DNA from: Gekko japonicus
Taxonomy: Eukaryota
Assembly (NCBI RefSeq): GCF_001447785.1
Contig: NW_015174282.1
Span: 997,830-1,061,829, forward strand
Reading direction: 5' to 3'
DNA: 64,000 nucleotides
The notes under the pieces were generated by a model. It was not told the origin of the DNA and made no database searches. It worked only from the letters and a program-made list of their open reading frames with translations. Each line of letters begins with the position of its first letter. Position 1 is the first letter of the stretch. Below are positions 24,074 to 36,458 of this stretch, in pieces. Made by a program: the position numbers and the translations under genes.

Positions 24074-25724
24074 ATAGATTACCTTTTGATTTCTGTGACA
24101 ATAAAGCATCATATGCCCAAGTGGGCTTTGGGCCTGTGTTTCACAAATAGCATGTCAAAACACTTCAAAAATGAGAGGGATCTCTAAGAAAGTTTATAAT
24201 AAGGTATATGACTCTGCTAATCAAACCTATAATATGTCAGATTTCACTGGGCACGCTCATTGAAGATTGCCCTTCAGAGCATATTATCATTAAGTATTCA
24301 AAGCGGTTTCTGTGCATTGTGCTTCAGGAATTTTAAAAACCCTGAAATATCATTTTTACCAGTTGTGTTTTCATATCTGTATGTACAGTCCCATTGGAAT
24401 TTTCCTGTTATGACCATCATAGACATAGTTTAGAACTGAAAAGCAAAAAAGTATAAAGATGGCAAGTCACAAATAAATTTTTTAGCTTTCTGTCCCGTTC
24501 ATTTTATATTGAGATCTAAGCTGAAAATGAAGGCTTAGATCCAAGAACTGCAAGAGCAGCTTTGCTTATGTCTGGAGTGAGCACCAGACTGAGGTCCACT
24601 TGTGCCACTGAAACTGCCCCCCACTAAAGCTGCTCTGCTGGAATCCTTGGTGCCAAAGAGGAGATAGATGTGCTGGCAGGCAGCCACCCCAGCATGCCCG
24701 AAACAGTGGCCACTGGGAGAGCAGTGAGCCTGGGCCTTCTTGAGCACACTGGGCAGGCAGCAGATGATGCAGTGACAGAAGACTGGGGGCTGTCCCGTGA
24801 GCTGGGGAGGTTCCCAACAGCCCAGCCAGACGTTGGAGTGAATCATGGGGAGGTACCAATGGGTTCTTACCTGGGCACTTCGTTCCAGAGGCCATCAGAG
24901 GAGCGGAGGCTGACAGAACAGGGGGAAGAGGGCTGTCAGGAGAGCCAGCAGGAAGTCAAGGGCTGACAGGGGGAAGGAGCCAGCCACTGGCAGCTTGATC
25001 CTGAGGCGGGGCTTACTGGAAATGACAGGAGGGTGGGCCTGCTCAAAGCTAGGATGGGCCACAAGGCTCAGTAGCCCCTTTTCATTACTTCTACACCCTG
25101 GTGGAGAGAGAGAAGCCATAAATGGAGAAAGGTGGGAGGGGCCAATGAAGGGGAGAAGTTATGAACGAGAGGCATCACCTATGTGAGGGATTGGTCAAGG
25201 CCTCAGCAAGGGCAGGACCTGGCCTGGGGCTGGGCTAGCTGGGAAATTGTGGGGACGAGGGGGGGTTTAAAGGGAGGCTCCCGATGATGGCTGAGGAGGA
25301 GAAGCAGGTTCAGCTCAAGTCTGTAAGGGCTGCTGCCTGGGGAAGAGAGAAATAAAGTGAAGCAACCTCCTTTGCTTTCCATTTAAAGGCCTAGGGAGGC
25401 CCCGTGGCTCACAGCAAGATGGCTGAAAGGCAGCTGACTGAGGCTGGGCAAGAGGAGTGCCATAGTTGACAGAAGTTTACTTTCCTGCCTCCTTCAGTCT
25501 TCTGTGGTTCCTTGGACTACCTGAAAAGCTTGTCTTTGGCTTCACAAGACTCTCAAGAATTATGAGATACTAGCCTGATACCCGTGCTTCGCTATGGTAT
25601 TTAAGTTCCATAAATCCAGTTATAATACTAATGATGTGAAGTTTGATTGTTGTAGGAAGTATAATGGAGAAGATAGTAGTATAAAAAAAATGAAGTGAGA
25701 CATACATACTGGTTCCCGCCCCCT

Positions 25725-26120
25725 CTAACGAAGGACCTCTCTGTAGACCACATTGGTGATTCTGCCCTCAGGTGCTTGGATCACCAGGCTGCTTGGTGAG
25801 CTCATTCTGGAGCGGGCCACACAGAACTGTCCATGTGAGAAGCAGTCGTCTGTTAAGTCAGTTCCTGACACCTTCAGTGTCTGGCCTTGGGATATTGATG
25901 GTCATAGCAAAGCAGACCTTGAGGGGGAACTGCAGCCTCTTGAACTCGAAGGGGTTTTCTGATGGTTTGAGTGGTATGCGTGGTATGAACCGACTCTCCC
26001 CAAGCACTGCTGGTGAGCAGTGTGGCCTCAATGATGTTCCTGTGCAGGGCCTTCGCTTGCAGTCTGGTGCCATTGCAGAGTTTGGGTGGGTTGAGGTTCC
26101 ATAGCAGCATTAATGTATCC
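25725..26120 (-). pseudogene. Helitron PIF1-like helicase C-terminal fragment, copy 1 (frameshifted)
   Basis: MLLWNLNPPKLCNGTRLQAKALHRNIIEATLLT / FIPRIPLKPSENPFEFKRLQFPLKVCFAMTIN / ...ITNVVYREVLR*, spread over shifted frames. Confidence 0.9.
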
Positions 26121-26291
26121 TAGCCCTGCTCCTACACCTGACAAACACCCGCGCTTCGCTATGGTATTTAAGTTCCATAAATCCAGTTATAATACTAATG
26201 ATGTGAAGTTTGATTGTTGTAGGAAGTATAATGGAGAAGATAGTAGTATAAAAAAAATGAAGTGAGACATACATACTGGTTCCCGCCCCCT

Positions 26292-26687
26292 CTAACGAAG
26301 GACCTCTCTGTAGACCACATTGGTGATTCTGCCCTCAGGTGCTTGGATCACCAGGCTGCTTGGTGAGCTCATTCTGGAGCGGGCCACACAGAACTGTCCA
26401 TGTGAGAAGCAGTCGTCTGTTAAGTCAGTTCCTGACACCTTCAGTGTCTGGCCTTGGGATATTGATGGTCATAGCAAAGCAGACCTTGAGGGGGAACTGC
26501 AGCCTCTTGAACTCGAAGGGGTTTTCTGATGGTTTGAGTGGTATGCGTGGTATGAACCGACTCTCCCCAAGCACTGCTGGTGAGCAGTGTGGCCTCAATG
26601 ATGTTCCTGTGCAGGGCCTTCGCTTGCAGTCTGGTGCCATTGCAGAGTTTGGGTGGGTTGAGGTTCCATAGCAGCATTAATGTATCC
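26292..26687 (-). pseudogene. Helitron PIF1-like helicase C-terminal fragment, copy 2
   Basis: Translations are identical to copy 1 at an offset of 567 bp in the ORF track. Confidence 0.9.
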
Positions 26688-28524
26688 TAGCCCTGCTCCT
26701 ACACCTGACAGAAACACCCGCCTGTCTGGTGTTGGAGAGGAATGTGTTAAAAGGCATCGGGAGGATGGGCCAGCAGCAGAGTGTTGATTTTACGATGAGG
26801 AAACTTTATTTTATATATATATAGATGTCACATAGAAAGCTCTAGTTAAAAGACTAATTGGTGAAAATGCCTTTCCCCTCAAAAAGAACAGCCCTTCTGC
26901 TTGTATAGGATAGGTTCCAATCTAAGCAAGTGGAAGCAAGACAGAAAGGCTTGGGAGAAAATTTCATAAAGCAATTTATTTTGCTGTGAATATCTTATTT
27001 GTGTTCTGTGGCACAAGAGCCATAGAACGCAGAATAATTATGTTCTCCAAAATAATGAGCCACTTAAGTCTTAAAGTAATTGGATTTGCTGTTCTTGATT
27101 TTTTTCCTCACCTGAAACTAAGCATTTCCCTTATGTACGTGAGGCTGGATAGACACTAGTCACTTGCAAAGTGATAAAGATTAAGTCATATCTTGTCATT
27201 AATTCGGGAATCTTATTTGCAGAAAACTTGTCTACAGAAAAATGCATTGATTTAAATCAAGGCCTGATTTTTAAGACTGATTTCAATGATTGATTATAAA
27301 ATGAAGACTGCCATGTTGCAAATCGTGCATTTTCTGAAAAAGTATAATTTGCAAACTGGCAGCTCTAACAGTTAAAAAACTGGTTTGGATCTAAAGACTC
27401 ACAAGCAGAACTCCACTCCCAGGACAGATCTTTTCCACTTCCCCATTTTTGCTGCCACCTTCTGAGCTCCCTGAAAAGCATCTTTTGAGAGCCGAGGGAC
27501 CCTATGGAATGGCTTGGGTTGCAATGTGGTGTTCTGCAGTGGGAAGGGATAATGCAGGGGACATACACTGTTTTCTTTTGTTTCAATAGAAATTCCATTT
27601 CATACAGGGGAAAGGGAACTGGAAATTCAACCTATTGGTTCTGCAACTAAATAAAACCTATATATGATATAATGCAGTATAATCCAAATCTTCTGTTAAT
27701 ATGCTTGGATTATAAACGTTCATACTTTGTGGCAATTATAAGTACAGCTTATGACAGTTGCATCATATTTTTATGATACTTCAATGTCAGAGTAAAATAT
27801 TTTTCCTTATGTAGAAAAGCAGATTTTAATTCGTTGTGTTTTGATGTAGATCATGAATTGCTAGTTATCATCCTGGAGTGTCACGCTACCATGCACATTC
27901 CCATACATTGTTTCATGAACAATTCTTGTCACAAAAATTGCTACCATAAGGAACTTGCATGGTTGCTTGCATGGTTGAGTTTTGGTCCTGGAATTGGTGG
28001 CATCTCTTTAAAAGCACAATATGGCTTGGTGAAAACTCTTTTCAGTTTCATCTTTGAGCTTGAAGTTGGTTCACTGTGTAATCAGAGCGAGGAGAATTTC
28101 CATTACGAAAGTATGTAGAAATAGTCACTTGGACTGGAAGCAAATGTGAAGTTTGGATTTAAATTAGGCAAATGGGAACCTTTTGAGACTCCAGGTTTTA
28201 AAATGCAGTGTTGTTCTACTGAGAATTTTGTTGGTGGACATGAACAATTCATTATGTGGCTCAGTGTTATAAAGTAAAAGTGTATTCACTCTGAATTAGT
28301 GCACTTGAAACCACAAACACAAAAGGGAGTTAGCATTGTAAAGGTGTTTGGAATTGTGAAATTGTGATATATAGCTTTTGTTAAAATCAGTTCATGAACA
28401 GATGCATGGGTTGCAAAATACAGTAATGAAATACGTTGGAGAAACTTGCTGAGGAACAGAGTGAAAAACTTCTGCCCAGTACTTGAAAGGACTGCATCAC
28501 CTAAGTGAGGTGTAAACTTTTTTA

Positions 28525-29510
28525 AAAATTTTATTTTCAATTTTTATTTCACAAAAATATATACAAATATCCATTTAGTACTTATACAGTTCTTAATATG
28601 AAGTTCCTCTTTCTTTTTTATCATCGAATATCTTAAACTAGCATAATCTCAGCTCTGATCTATCTTCTTCAGTTTCAGCCATATGTAGATTACATCTTTC
28701 CCAAAAAAGGTCCTCTGGTTTATTCCTCAAAGCTATACTCAGCTTGTCCATTTCTGCTATTTCCAGAATTTTAATTTTAAGTTCTTTTATAGATGGTATG
28801 GCTTTTGACTTCCAACGCTTAGCTATCAAAATTCTTGCCGCTGTTAATAAATAAACTATGATATGTTTGTGGTCTTTTATTGTGTCTGGAATCATATTTA
28901 GCAGATACGTTTCTGGTGTTAATGGGATATTAATTTTAAGTCTCTCTAAAAATTTTTTGTAGATTTCCCCCCCAAAAGGACTGTATTTTGTCACACCTCC
29001 ACCAAATGTGGAGGTATGATCCTATATTCCTGCCGCATCTCCAGCAGATATTTGATGCCTTTGGGAAACATTTTGCAACCTTAGCAGGGGTCCAATGCCA
29101 CCTAAAAACATTTTATATATATATTCTTTATATGCCATCACACTCATATATTTTATTGACCTCCATGTTTTTATCCACTGCTCCATTTCTATTGTGTGTC
29201 CTATCTCTTTTATCCAGGTTACCATCGACGATTTTATATCTCTTCCTGTAACTCTTCTTTTAGTAACTTTGTATAGAATTTCTGGATTAACTTATCACTG
29301 GAAGAAAGCCAAATTTTATCAATTTTGTTTAAGGAAGTGTTTTTTAAATCTTCAATGTATCTTGATTTTAATACATTTTTATCCCACCATATTTTATGTT
29401 TTTAATATCTCATCTGTTTTCAGTTCTGCTTTTTTATTTAATAAATTGCCATAAGTTTCTTTAGTTTCCCCTGTTATCAGTGACGGTTTGGCAAATGCTT
29501 CTATCTGTAA
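28525..29510 (-). mobile_element. 5'-truncated L1 LINE (ORF2 C-terminus + 3'UTR)
   Basis: Cys/His-knuckle region CWRC...HIWW.C, then HIIVYLLTAARILIAKRWKSKAIPS...EIAEMDKL. AATAAA and A-rich end near 28540. Confidence 0.85.
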
Positions 29511-32236
29511 CTGTAACTTCTATCTGTAACTGTAAACTTTCATTGTAAAAGCATACTAAAATCTGTAGAAATCAACATAGATTAAACAGCCTTCTCGCAG
29601 TATTTTGTTTTAACAGTTACAGAGGAACTCCTGGCCCAGACATAATCTAAAAAGCTAGTTTTTGTAGCTGTTTAGCAAATTTGTACTTAATCTAAGACAA
29701 AATACAGAAGAGAGATGTTCTGTAGGATACATTAGACACCTTGAATATGTTGCCAGATGAAAAACTGGATAGTAGGTTTAATATTTTGTTGATAAGATTC
29801 CCCTCCACCCAATCATTCATGTAAATGATAAAAGTGTATAAATGCCAAAGAAGATAGTAATAGTAGTTGCTTCAGCATTTGGGCATATGGCGAGCCTTAT
29901 ATGTGATTTGTCTTGTATATTATGAAATGTAAGTTATTGCAATATTATGTTTATATAACAAATTGCTTGGTAAGAATAACAAGAATACAATTCTTTCTGA
30001 AAACTAGTAAGACTGTAACTTAGATTTTATCATCAGATCTGCTCAAAATGTTCTGTGTTGAAGAGGAAGAAAGCCACATGCTTTTCCTAAAGTCTTGTTT
30101 AATCCTTTATTCAAATTCACACTTAATTTAATTCAATGTGCATGTGCATTCTGTCCTCCTAAAGATGGCTGCTTGGTGTTTACGTGGTCCTTTACACAGT
30201 ACAGTAACTGCAGACATTGCTGTGCAGCCCTTGCAAGTATGCATTTTGGCATAAACTTCAGTTCGAAATGTGCATGTCAGCACTTGTTCACACTCATGCT
30301 ATAACTGCTGAATATTCATTAATAGAAGATATTGATGAATGTGACAACAGGTAGCTTTGTTACTTTTTAAGGTGGCACAGAATTCTCTGTGTGTGTTTAG
30401 TTTTTTTATGTTTTGTTTTGCTACAACATACCAGTCCAGAGAACCAAAGACTTTTTGCAATCAATAGAGGACAAATAGGCACAACTAATGTGCCCTGTTA
30501 ATTCAATGAGATTCAGACATATCTTTCTCTAGATTATGAGCTAAAAAATTTATTATGATAAGTTTATGTAAGCTAGAACAACCTCTGTCCATGCCATTGC
30601 ACTGGTATAATTCCTTGCATTTTTAAGGAGTTCTTTGCTGGAATTTATTTTTTTACATTGGGCCATAGATGTGAAGTCCTGTGTGTGTGTGTTGGGTGGG
30701 AGGGGTGGGAGAAGGTTATATGTGCAGGTGTTTCCCTTGTTCCCTTGTTTGAAGCAGAGGGTGCAGATGCTAGAGGCAGTCACTTGTAGGTATGAGCCTT
30801 GCTGTTGATACCAAGCAGCCAGTTGTTTATATTCTCTCTCTTGTTTCTGCAAAGGAGCTATTTATCTCTTTAATAATGAAAGCTGTTCAAAGCATCTGAG
30901 TATATAAAACTCCAGATAAACAAAGGGAAGCTTGTTACCTGAACAAGGTTAGGTATGATAGATCATGAATTCCTGTTTGCCTTCTTATGTAAACCAATAT
31001 TATTTTCTGTGGGTCAGGCCCCAAATTTGAAACGTGGAAATTTGTAATTATTTTGCTTATTGAAAGAAATGATTGCTATTAAAAGCCATTTTGTTTAACA
31101 CTGACATTTCTGTAGCACTAACAATGATGGGCTAGGACCTGGGAGACCCTTGTTTGAATCTATACTCCACTGTGGAAGCTCACCTGGGGTGACCTTGGCC
31201 ATTCACTCACTCTCAGCTTAAATATAACAGGGCAGAGTAGTAAGAAAAGTGGGGATTAATATCCAAATAAATAAAGTGCATGTTAAGCATTCTTGAGTGT
31301 GTGTCAGTTGCCATGGGAGTAGATAGCTTGCTTGAAAAACCCAGTATTTGATGTTGTCTTATAGGTACCTCAATTTTAAATATTATTTTTTACCTATGGC
31401 AATCTTTGAGTAATGTACATGAAATAACTGGAATATCACTTTAAAAGGGTTAGAAATAAAACATTGTGGGAAAGCCCTTAAATCATGGCCATTTTATGTG
31501 GACAGTGCAGTGTAGCTCTCTCTCTCTCTGTACACACACACACAACAAGCATGCAACTGAAACGATTGTTACTATCATTTGTAGCAAATCAATCAATACA
31601 TGTATTTGAAATCAGATTGATATTATAGTGTCTGGTGGAGCCTGAGAATGCTACTGGGATCAAGAGCAGGACAACCAAACACTTGCATCTTCAGCAGTGG
31701 CTTGATATCATCTTTTCACCCCAGTGTCTGCTGTTAGCCATGCTAAGTGAAGGTAGTGAAAGATCCACCGAACTGACTGCTTGACAGTAAATAGTGTTTA
31801 ATTAAATACAGAGCCTGACAGTGACACTGATTCTTGGATGAATGCCAGTAGATTTGACTTGGCTTTCAGAAATTTAATTTTCCAATTCCGGTTATCTAGC
31901 AGCTTGTCAAATGATCTGAATGCACTTCTGTATAACTATGCAGCTGACTTTGCTATTTTTGAGTTGCTGCTAAGATACTCAGAAATTTTAAGTGATAACC
32001 TTTACAGTATGTTTGATCCTGGAAGTACAAAAGTATACATATGCTTACTCATTTGGTACTGTGTTAGAGGGCTGTGGACAACATTTCCAAGTAATGATGT
32101 ATCTGAATGCTCCAGTCTGTACTGAAATGTTACTATCTGTTCCCAATACGTCTTCTTAACTGCTGAATCAGAAAGTTATAAATACAAATCACCAATCTAG
32201 TGAGATTAAATAATCATTTTCAACTAAAATATTTTG

Positions 32237-33145
32237 TAAGAACAAATAAGAAGAGCCCTGCTGGATACCAGTGGTCCATCTAGTTTAGCTTCCTGTCTCA
32301 CACAGTGGCCAACCAGTTCCTTTACAGGGCCAACAATACAACAGTAGTGCATAGAGGCCAAGGCCTTCCCCTGATGTTGCCTCCTGCACTAGGATTCAGA
32401 GGTTTAGAGCCTCTGAACATGGAGGTTCTGCTCAGTCACCATGGCTAGAAGCCACTGATGAACCTAACTAATCCCCTTTTAAAGCTGTCTATGCCTGTGG
32501 GCATTACTATATCTTCTGGCAACGAATTTCACATTTTAATCCCTCTGACCGATTTCACACAAGAGCTGTGCCACGGTTGCGCCTCCCTTTGCCCCACTTC
32601 TATTGGTCAATTTCCCACTCAAAGCTGCGCAGCCGCATTTTGACCCATGGCTTTGCCCGATTTTCCCCACGGTTTTGTGATCCTCAAAAAACAGGATCAC
32701 GAAACTGCAGGGAAAATTGGGCAAAGCTGTGGGTCAAAATGCGGCTGCGTGGCTTCGAGTGGGAAACTGACCAGTAGAGGCGGGGCAAAGGGAGGTATGA
32801 CCGCGGCACAGCTCTTGTGTGAAATCGGTCTCTCTGTGTAAAGAAGTATTTCCTTTTGTCTAGCCTGAATCTAACTGTACATCAGGTTCATTGGATGCCT
32901 TTGAGTTCTAATATTTGGGGAGAGGGAGAAAAAATATCTTTGTGCACTCTTTCNNNNNNNNNNNTTCCACCCCAGGCATAATTTTATAAACCTTTATCAT
33001 GGTCCCCCTTAGTTGTCTCTTTCCCAAATGGAAAAGTCCTAGACACTTTCCTCATTGGGAAGGTGCTCCAGCCCCCTAATCATCTTGGTTGCCTTCTTCT
33101 TTCTTTTTCCAGTTCTGCAATTTCCTTTTTGAGATACAGTGAGGC
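32237..33145 (-). mobile_element. CR1 3' fragment interrupted by a foldback MITE (includes an 11-N gap at 32954-32964)
   Basis: ATKMIRGLEHL translation and a CR1 3'UTR (CCACTGTGTGAGACAGG...GATGGACC...CTCTTCTTAT). Confidence 0.8.
32547..32830. mobile_element. 284-bp foldback MITE (Harbinger-like)
   Basis: Arms of ~138 bp (GACCGATTTCACACAAGAGCTGTGCC... / ...GGCACAGCTCTTGTGTGAAATCGGTC) around an 8-nt loop CAAAAAAC. TCT is duplicated on both sides. Confidence 0.9.
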
Positions 33146-33915
33146 ATGGGCTGGAAACCAACTGTCTGATCAGCCGAAGATGATAAAAGGCCGATCTGGC
33201 AGTGGCTGCTACCTGGGCCTCCATTGTTAAGGAGGTGTCTAGGAGCACTCCCAAGCTCCTAACCTCCAGCGCTGGCACCTGTGGGGCCCCATTGAAGGTT
33301 GGGAGTGGATTCCCTACCCTCGGACCACCCCGACTCAGGCACAGGACCTCTGTCTTCATCAGATTCTGTTTCAGCCGGCTCAGCCTAAGCCAACCAGCCA
33401 CGGCTTGTAACGCCCGATCTAGGTCTTCCGGTTTGGAGTCGGACTGATCACCCACCAGCAGATAGAGCTGGGTGTCATCTGCATACTGGTGACATCCCAG
33501 CCCATACGTCCGGGCAATCTGGGCAACAGGGCACATATAGATGTTGAAAAGCATTGGGGACAACATTGCCCCTTGGGGCACTTCACATTCCAGTGGGTGC
33601 CTTTGGGACAGCTGATCCCCCAGCACCACTCTTTGTCCCCAACCTTGGAGGAAGGAAGCAAACCATTGTAAGGCCAGTCCCTGGGTTCCAGTGTTGGTGA
33701 AGTGGTGGACCAGTAGCTGATGTCGACCATCTCGAACGCAGCTGACGGATCTAACAACAACAGCACTGCTGATCTGCCCTGATCCAGATGCCTCCGGAGG
33801 TTGTCCGTGAGGGTGACAGATACCGTCTCCGTCCCGTGCCCCGGGCGAAACCTGGACTGGAAGGGTTCTAGAATGGAAGCATCATCCAAGAAGTCCTGTA
33901 ACTGAGCTGCCACTG
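33146..33915 (-). mobile_element. L2 LINE reverse transcriptase fragment
   Basis: FQS.FRPGHGTET, VPQGAMLSPMLFNIY, HQYADDTQLY and RSLGVLLD motifs. Confidence 0.9.
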
Positions 33916-34269
33916 CTCAGTTGGTGTGGGGAAGATCTTACAAAGAGAGGGCAGTTGTTGGAAAGAATAATCCAGTTGAGAGGAAATCATTCCATGCAGA
34001 ATGGGTGAGGCCAACTCCTAATTGTAGACGATGCTCAGAATAGGACCAATATAAAATTTAATTAGGATCGGGCATTGTGAAATAAAATATGTAACATCTG
34101 TAAAGGATAGGTCATACTGAGCTATTAATATATAGAGAGTGAGGAAACTCAGGTCTGCTCAGGCCTGAGTGAAATATAGTATTGATGAATTAGGATTCTC
34201 TTGATGGATCCTAATTCAGCACTTTCAGATTGAATTCTCTCTTTGTAGCCTTTTTGTAGGAGAACCTTT

Positions 34270-34610
34270 AGATCACAAATAGTTATGGCCTGGAAGATTA
34301 AAATCTTTTCCACTGGTTTCTGAATACTTTGACTTTTTTAGTGTCAGATTTGCATCTATTCTTTTGTGTAGGGCACTGTCTTGTTCATACGGGGTAGAGA
34401 GCAGAAGGGCATTGTTGACAGATGGTGGCGTACACTCTGTTGGTGGATGTGTCCATGGTAACATTATTAGGCCCTGTGATAGTACTGACTGAGTGAATAT
34501 GGAGGCTAAATTGGTATATGGATTTGCTCTGCATGGTTTGGTTTCTGGGTCTCTGTTTTGGATTGGAGGTCTGTCTGTGAATGAGGAAAGGCCTGCCAGC
34601 CATGGTCTGT
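34270..34610 (-). mobile_element. Penelope-like element, GIY-YIG endonuclease fragment
   Basis: TITGPNN..., VYATICQQCPSALY, LHKRI and FNLPGH match the vertebrate Penelope GIY-YIG region. Confidence 0.75.
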
Positions 34611-35509
34611 GAAAGGCAAAGTTCCTTGTTCTAGAAAGGCTGCAGATTTCACACTGAATATTCTGACATAAACAAGAGTTGGATAGTCCATAACAGTAGC
34701 ATTCTTTAAGATGGGGAAAACATCAACTTTGTGCCTGGTACATGCATTCATTCAATTATGATTATGCCTTGCTAAAAGCATGTGTATACATATAAAACAA
34801 TCAGATTGCATTTAGAGAGGTGTTGGTATCACTTTAGTAATCATGTGATAAATCTGATTATTCTTGCCTATTAAATGTGTGTTCTGGGTTATTTTCAGTA
34901 TAACTACATAGCTGTTGCTGTGAGGAGAATGTGGTTTACTGTTGAAGACAAGTGTTTCATTCTTCTTGCTCACAAAGAGGGGAAAATAGAGATTGTGCTA
35001 CAAACCTTTCTTTGGGCCCCTTCTCCCCCCCCCCCTTTAAAATTATACTTCCTTTGCTCTGCAGAACAGATGGAGGTCTAAAATGCAGTGTCAGGAAACT
35101 TTTTAAAAGGGTTTATAGCATTCCTAACAGAATACTTCATTTTGCATGTGCTGAGGTTATGGAGAGACTGTAGAGGAAATATAATAAGCTCTTGATTATT
35201 ATTGAGAAAAGAGGAACAAGCAATCCCCCCCTTTTGCTGTATGGCTGGCATTTAAAAGAGGAGTGATGCTCTTTGAAGCTGTGTTCATAGAGGTGACCAT
35301 GCAAATAGTAGTTCTGTGCTCTCACTTCCTGTAGCTGTGGGGATGTTTAGCACAGTCTTTTGTATAATGAGTCTTGAGGGATGGGGGAGGAAGAACAGTG
35401 CCAAGGGGCGGGGTGTGAGTGTGTTCCAAAATAGTATACAGTAGAATAGCTTTGTGGTCAATCAAGAGGACTTCTACGGTAACCCAGATAAAACTCTGTT
35501 TTGAACCTA

Positions 35510-35864
35510 GTAAAGTAAAGGTAAAGGTTCCCTTGCTCGAAAGCCAGTCGAGTCCGACTCTAGGGTTGCGGTGCTCATCTCCGTTTCAAAGCCGAAGAGC
35601 CAGCGCTGTCCGAAGACGTTTCCGTGGTCATGTGGTCAGCATGACTAAACACCAAGGTGCACGGAACGCTATTACCTTCCCACCGAAGTGGTACCTATTT
35701 ATCTACTTGCAATTTCTTGCTTTCGAACTGCTAGGTTGGCAGGAGCTGGAACTAGAGACGGGAGCTCACTCCGTCATGCGGCACCCTGGGTCTCGAACTG
35801 CTGAACTACTGACCTTCCACAGCCTGCAGTTCAGTGTCTTAACAACTTGAGCCACCGCAACTCC
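35510..35864 (-). mobile_element. Full-length Sauria SINE (Squam1)
   Basis: tRNA-like head, conserved core (CCTGCCAACCTAGCAGTTCGAAAGCA...AGTAGATAAATAGGTACCAC) and (ACCTTT)n tail. 12-bp TSD GTTTTGAACCTA at 35498-35509 and 35865-35876. Confidence 0.92.
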
Positions 35865-36181
35865 GTTTTGAACCTACTCTTGCCTAAATAGGCAAAATTT
35901 CTTATATTTGGCTTGATTTTGAGTTCTGCTAGGCTACCTGATGCCCAGGACTGCGAACATGTAGAGAAGATTCTGTTAAATGTATATGTTTGCATTACTG
36001 TTGCCAGTTGGCTTAGAGAAGATACTTGGGAGATGGTGATAGTGACCTATAATGGTCCAAGGCCTATCTTGATTTGGGAAGCATCTTGGATGGAAACTGG
36101 GACCTCCAACTGTTTGCTGTGCTTTCCTCCAGAAAAACAAGTTGCCAGGCAGCCTGAAGAAAAATGCCCAGCTTTTGGAGG

Positions 36182-36213
<32 letters not shown>

Positions 36214-36291
36214 TAAAAACTTAATGTGGGCTTCCTTCTGATATGTTTTAGGCAAGTTAATGAAGTGTGAAGTTGAAACTTCAAATGAACA

Positions 36292-36458
36292 TTAACAACA
36301 CTGGATTCTCAGACTTTTTGGCCTGTGTTGATAATCTCTACAAAACTGAATAAAACAGGAGTCAAATGGCATCTTAACAACACTGGATTCTCAGACTTTT
36401 TGGCCTGTGTTGATAATCTCTACAAAACTGAATATAACAGGAGTCAAATGGCATCTTA
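36292..36458. repeat. 82-bp tandem duplication, one mismatch
   Basis: TTAACAACACTGGATTCTCAG...GGAGTCAAATGGCATC occurs at 36292 and 36374. Confidence 0.9.

Larger units (their letters stand above)
25580..26715. repeat. 567-bp direct tandem duplication
   Basis: ACCCG.GCTTCGCTATGG occurs at 25580 and 26147, and the four ORFs repeat exactly 567 bp apart. Confidence 0.95.
25570..26825 (-). mobile_element. Non-autonomous Helitron carrying the RepHel helicase C-terminus twice
   Basis: On the minus strand it starts TCTATATATA and ends with hairpin TACCATAGCGAAGCACGGGTA plus CTAG. It is inserted between A and T with no TSD. Contains PIF1-helicase motifs LCNGTRL, IPRIPL, FKRLQFPLKVCFAMTIN, FSHGQ and TNVVYREVL*. 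Confidence 0.92.

Noticed and set aside
25753-26671. Duplicated plus-strand ORFs as a tandem gene pair or array
   Set aside because: They are antisense shadows of the duplicated Helitron helicase fragment.
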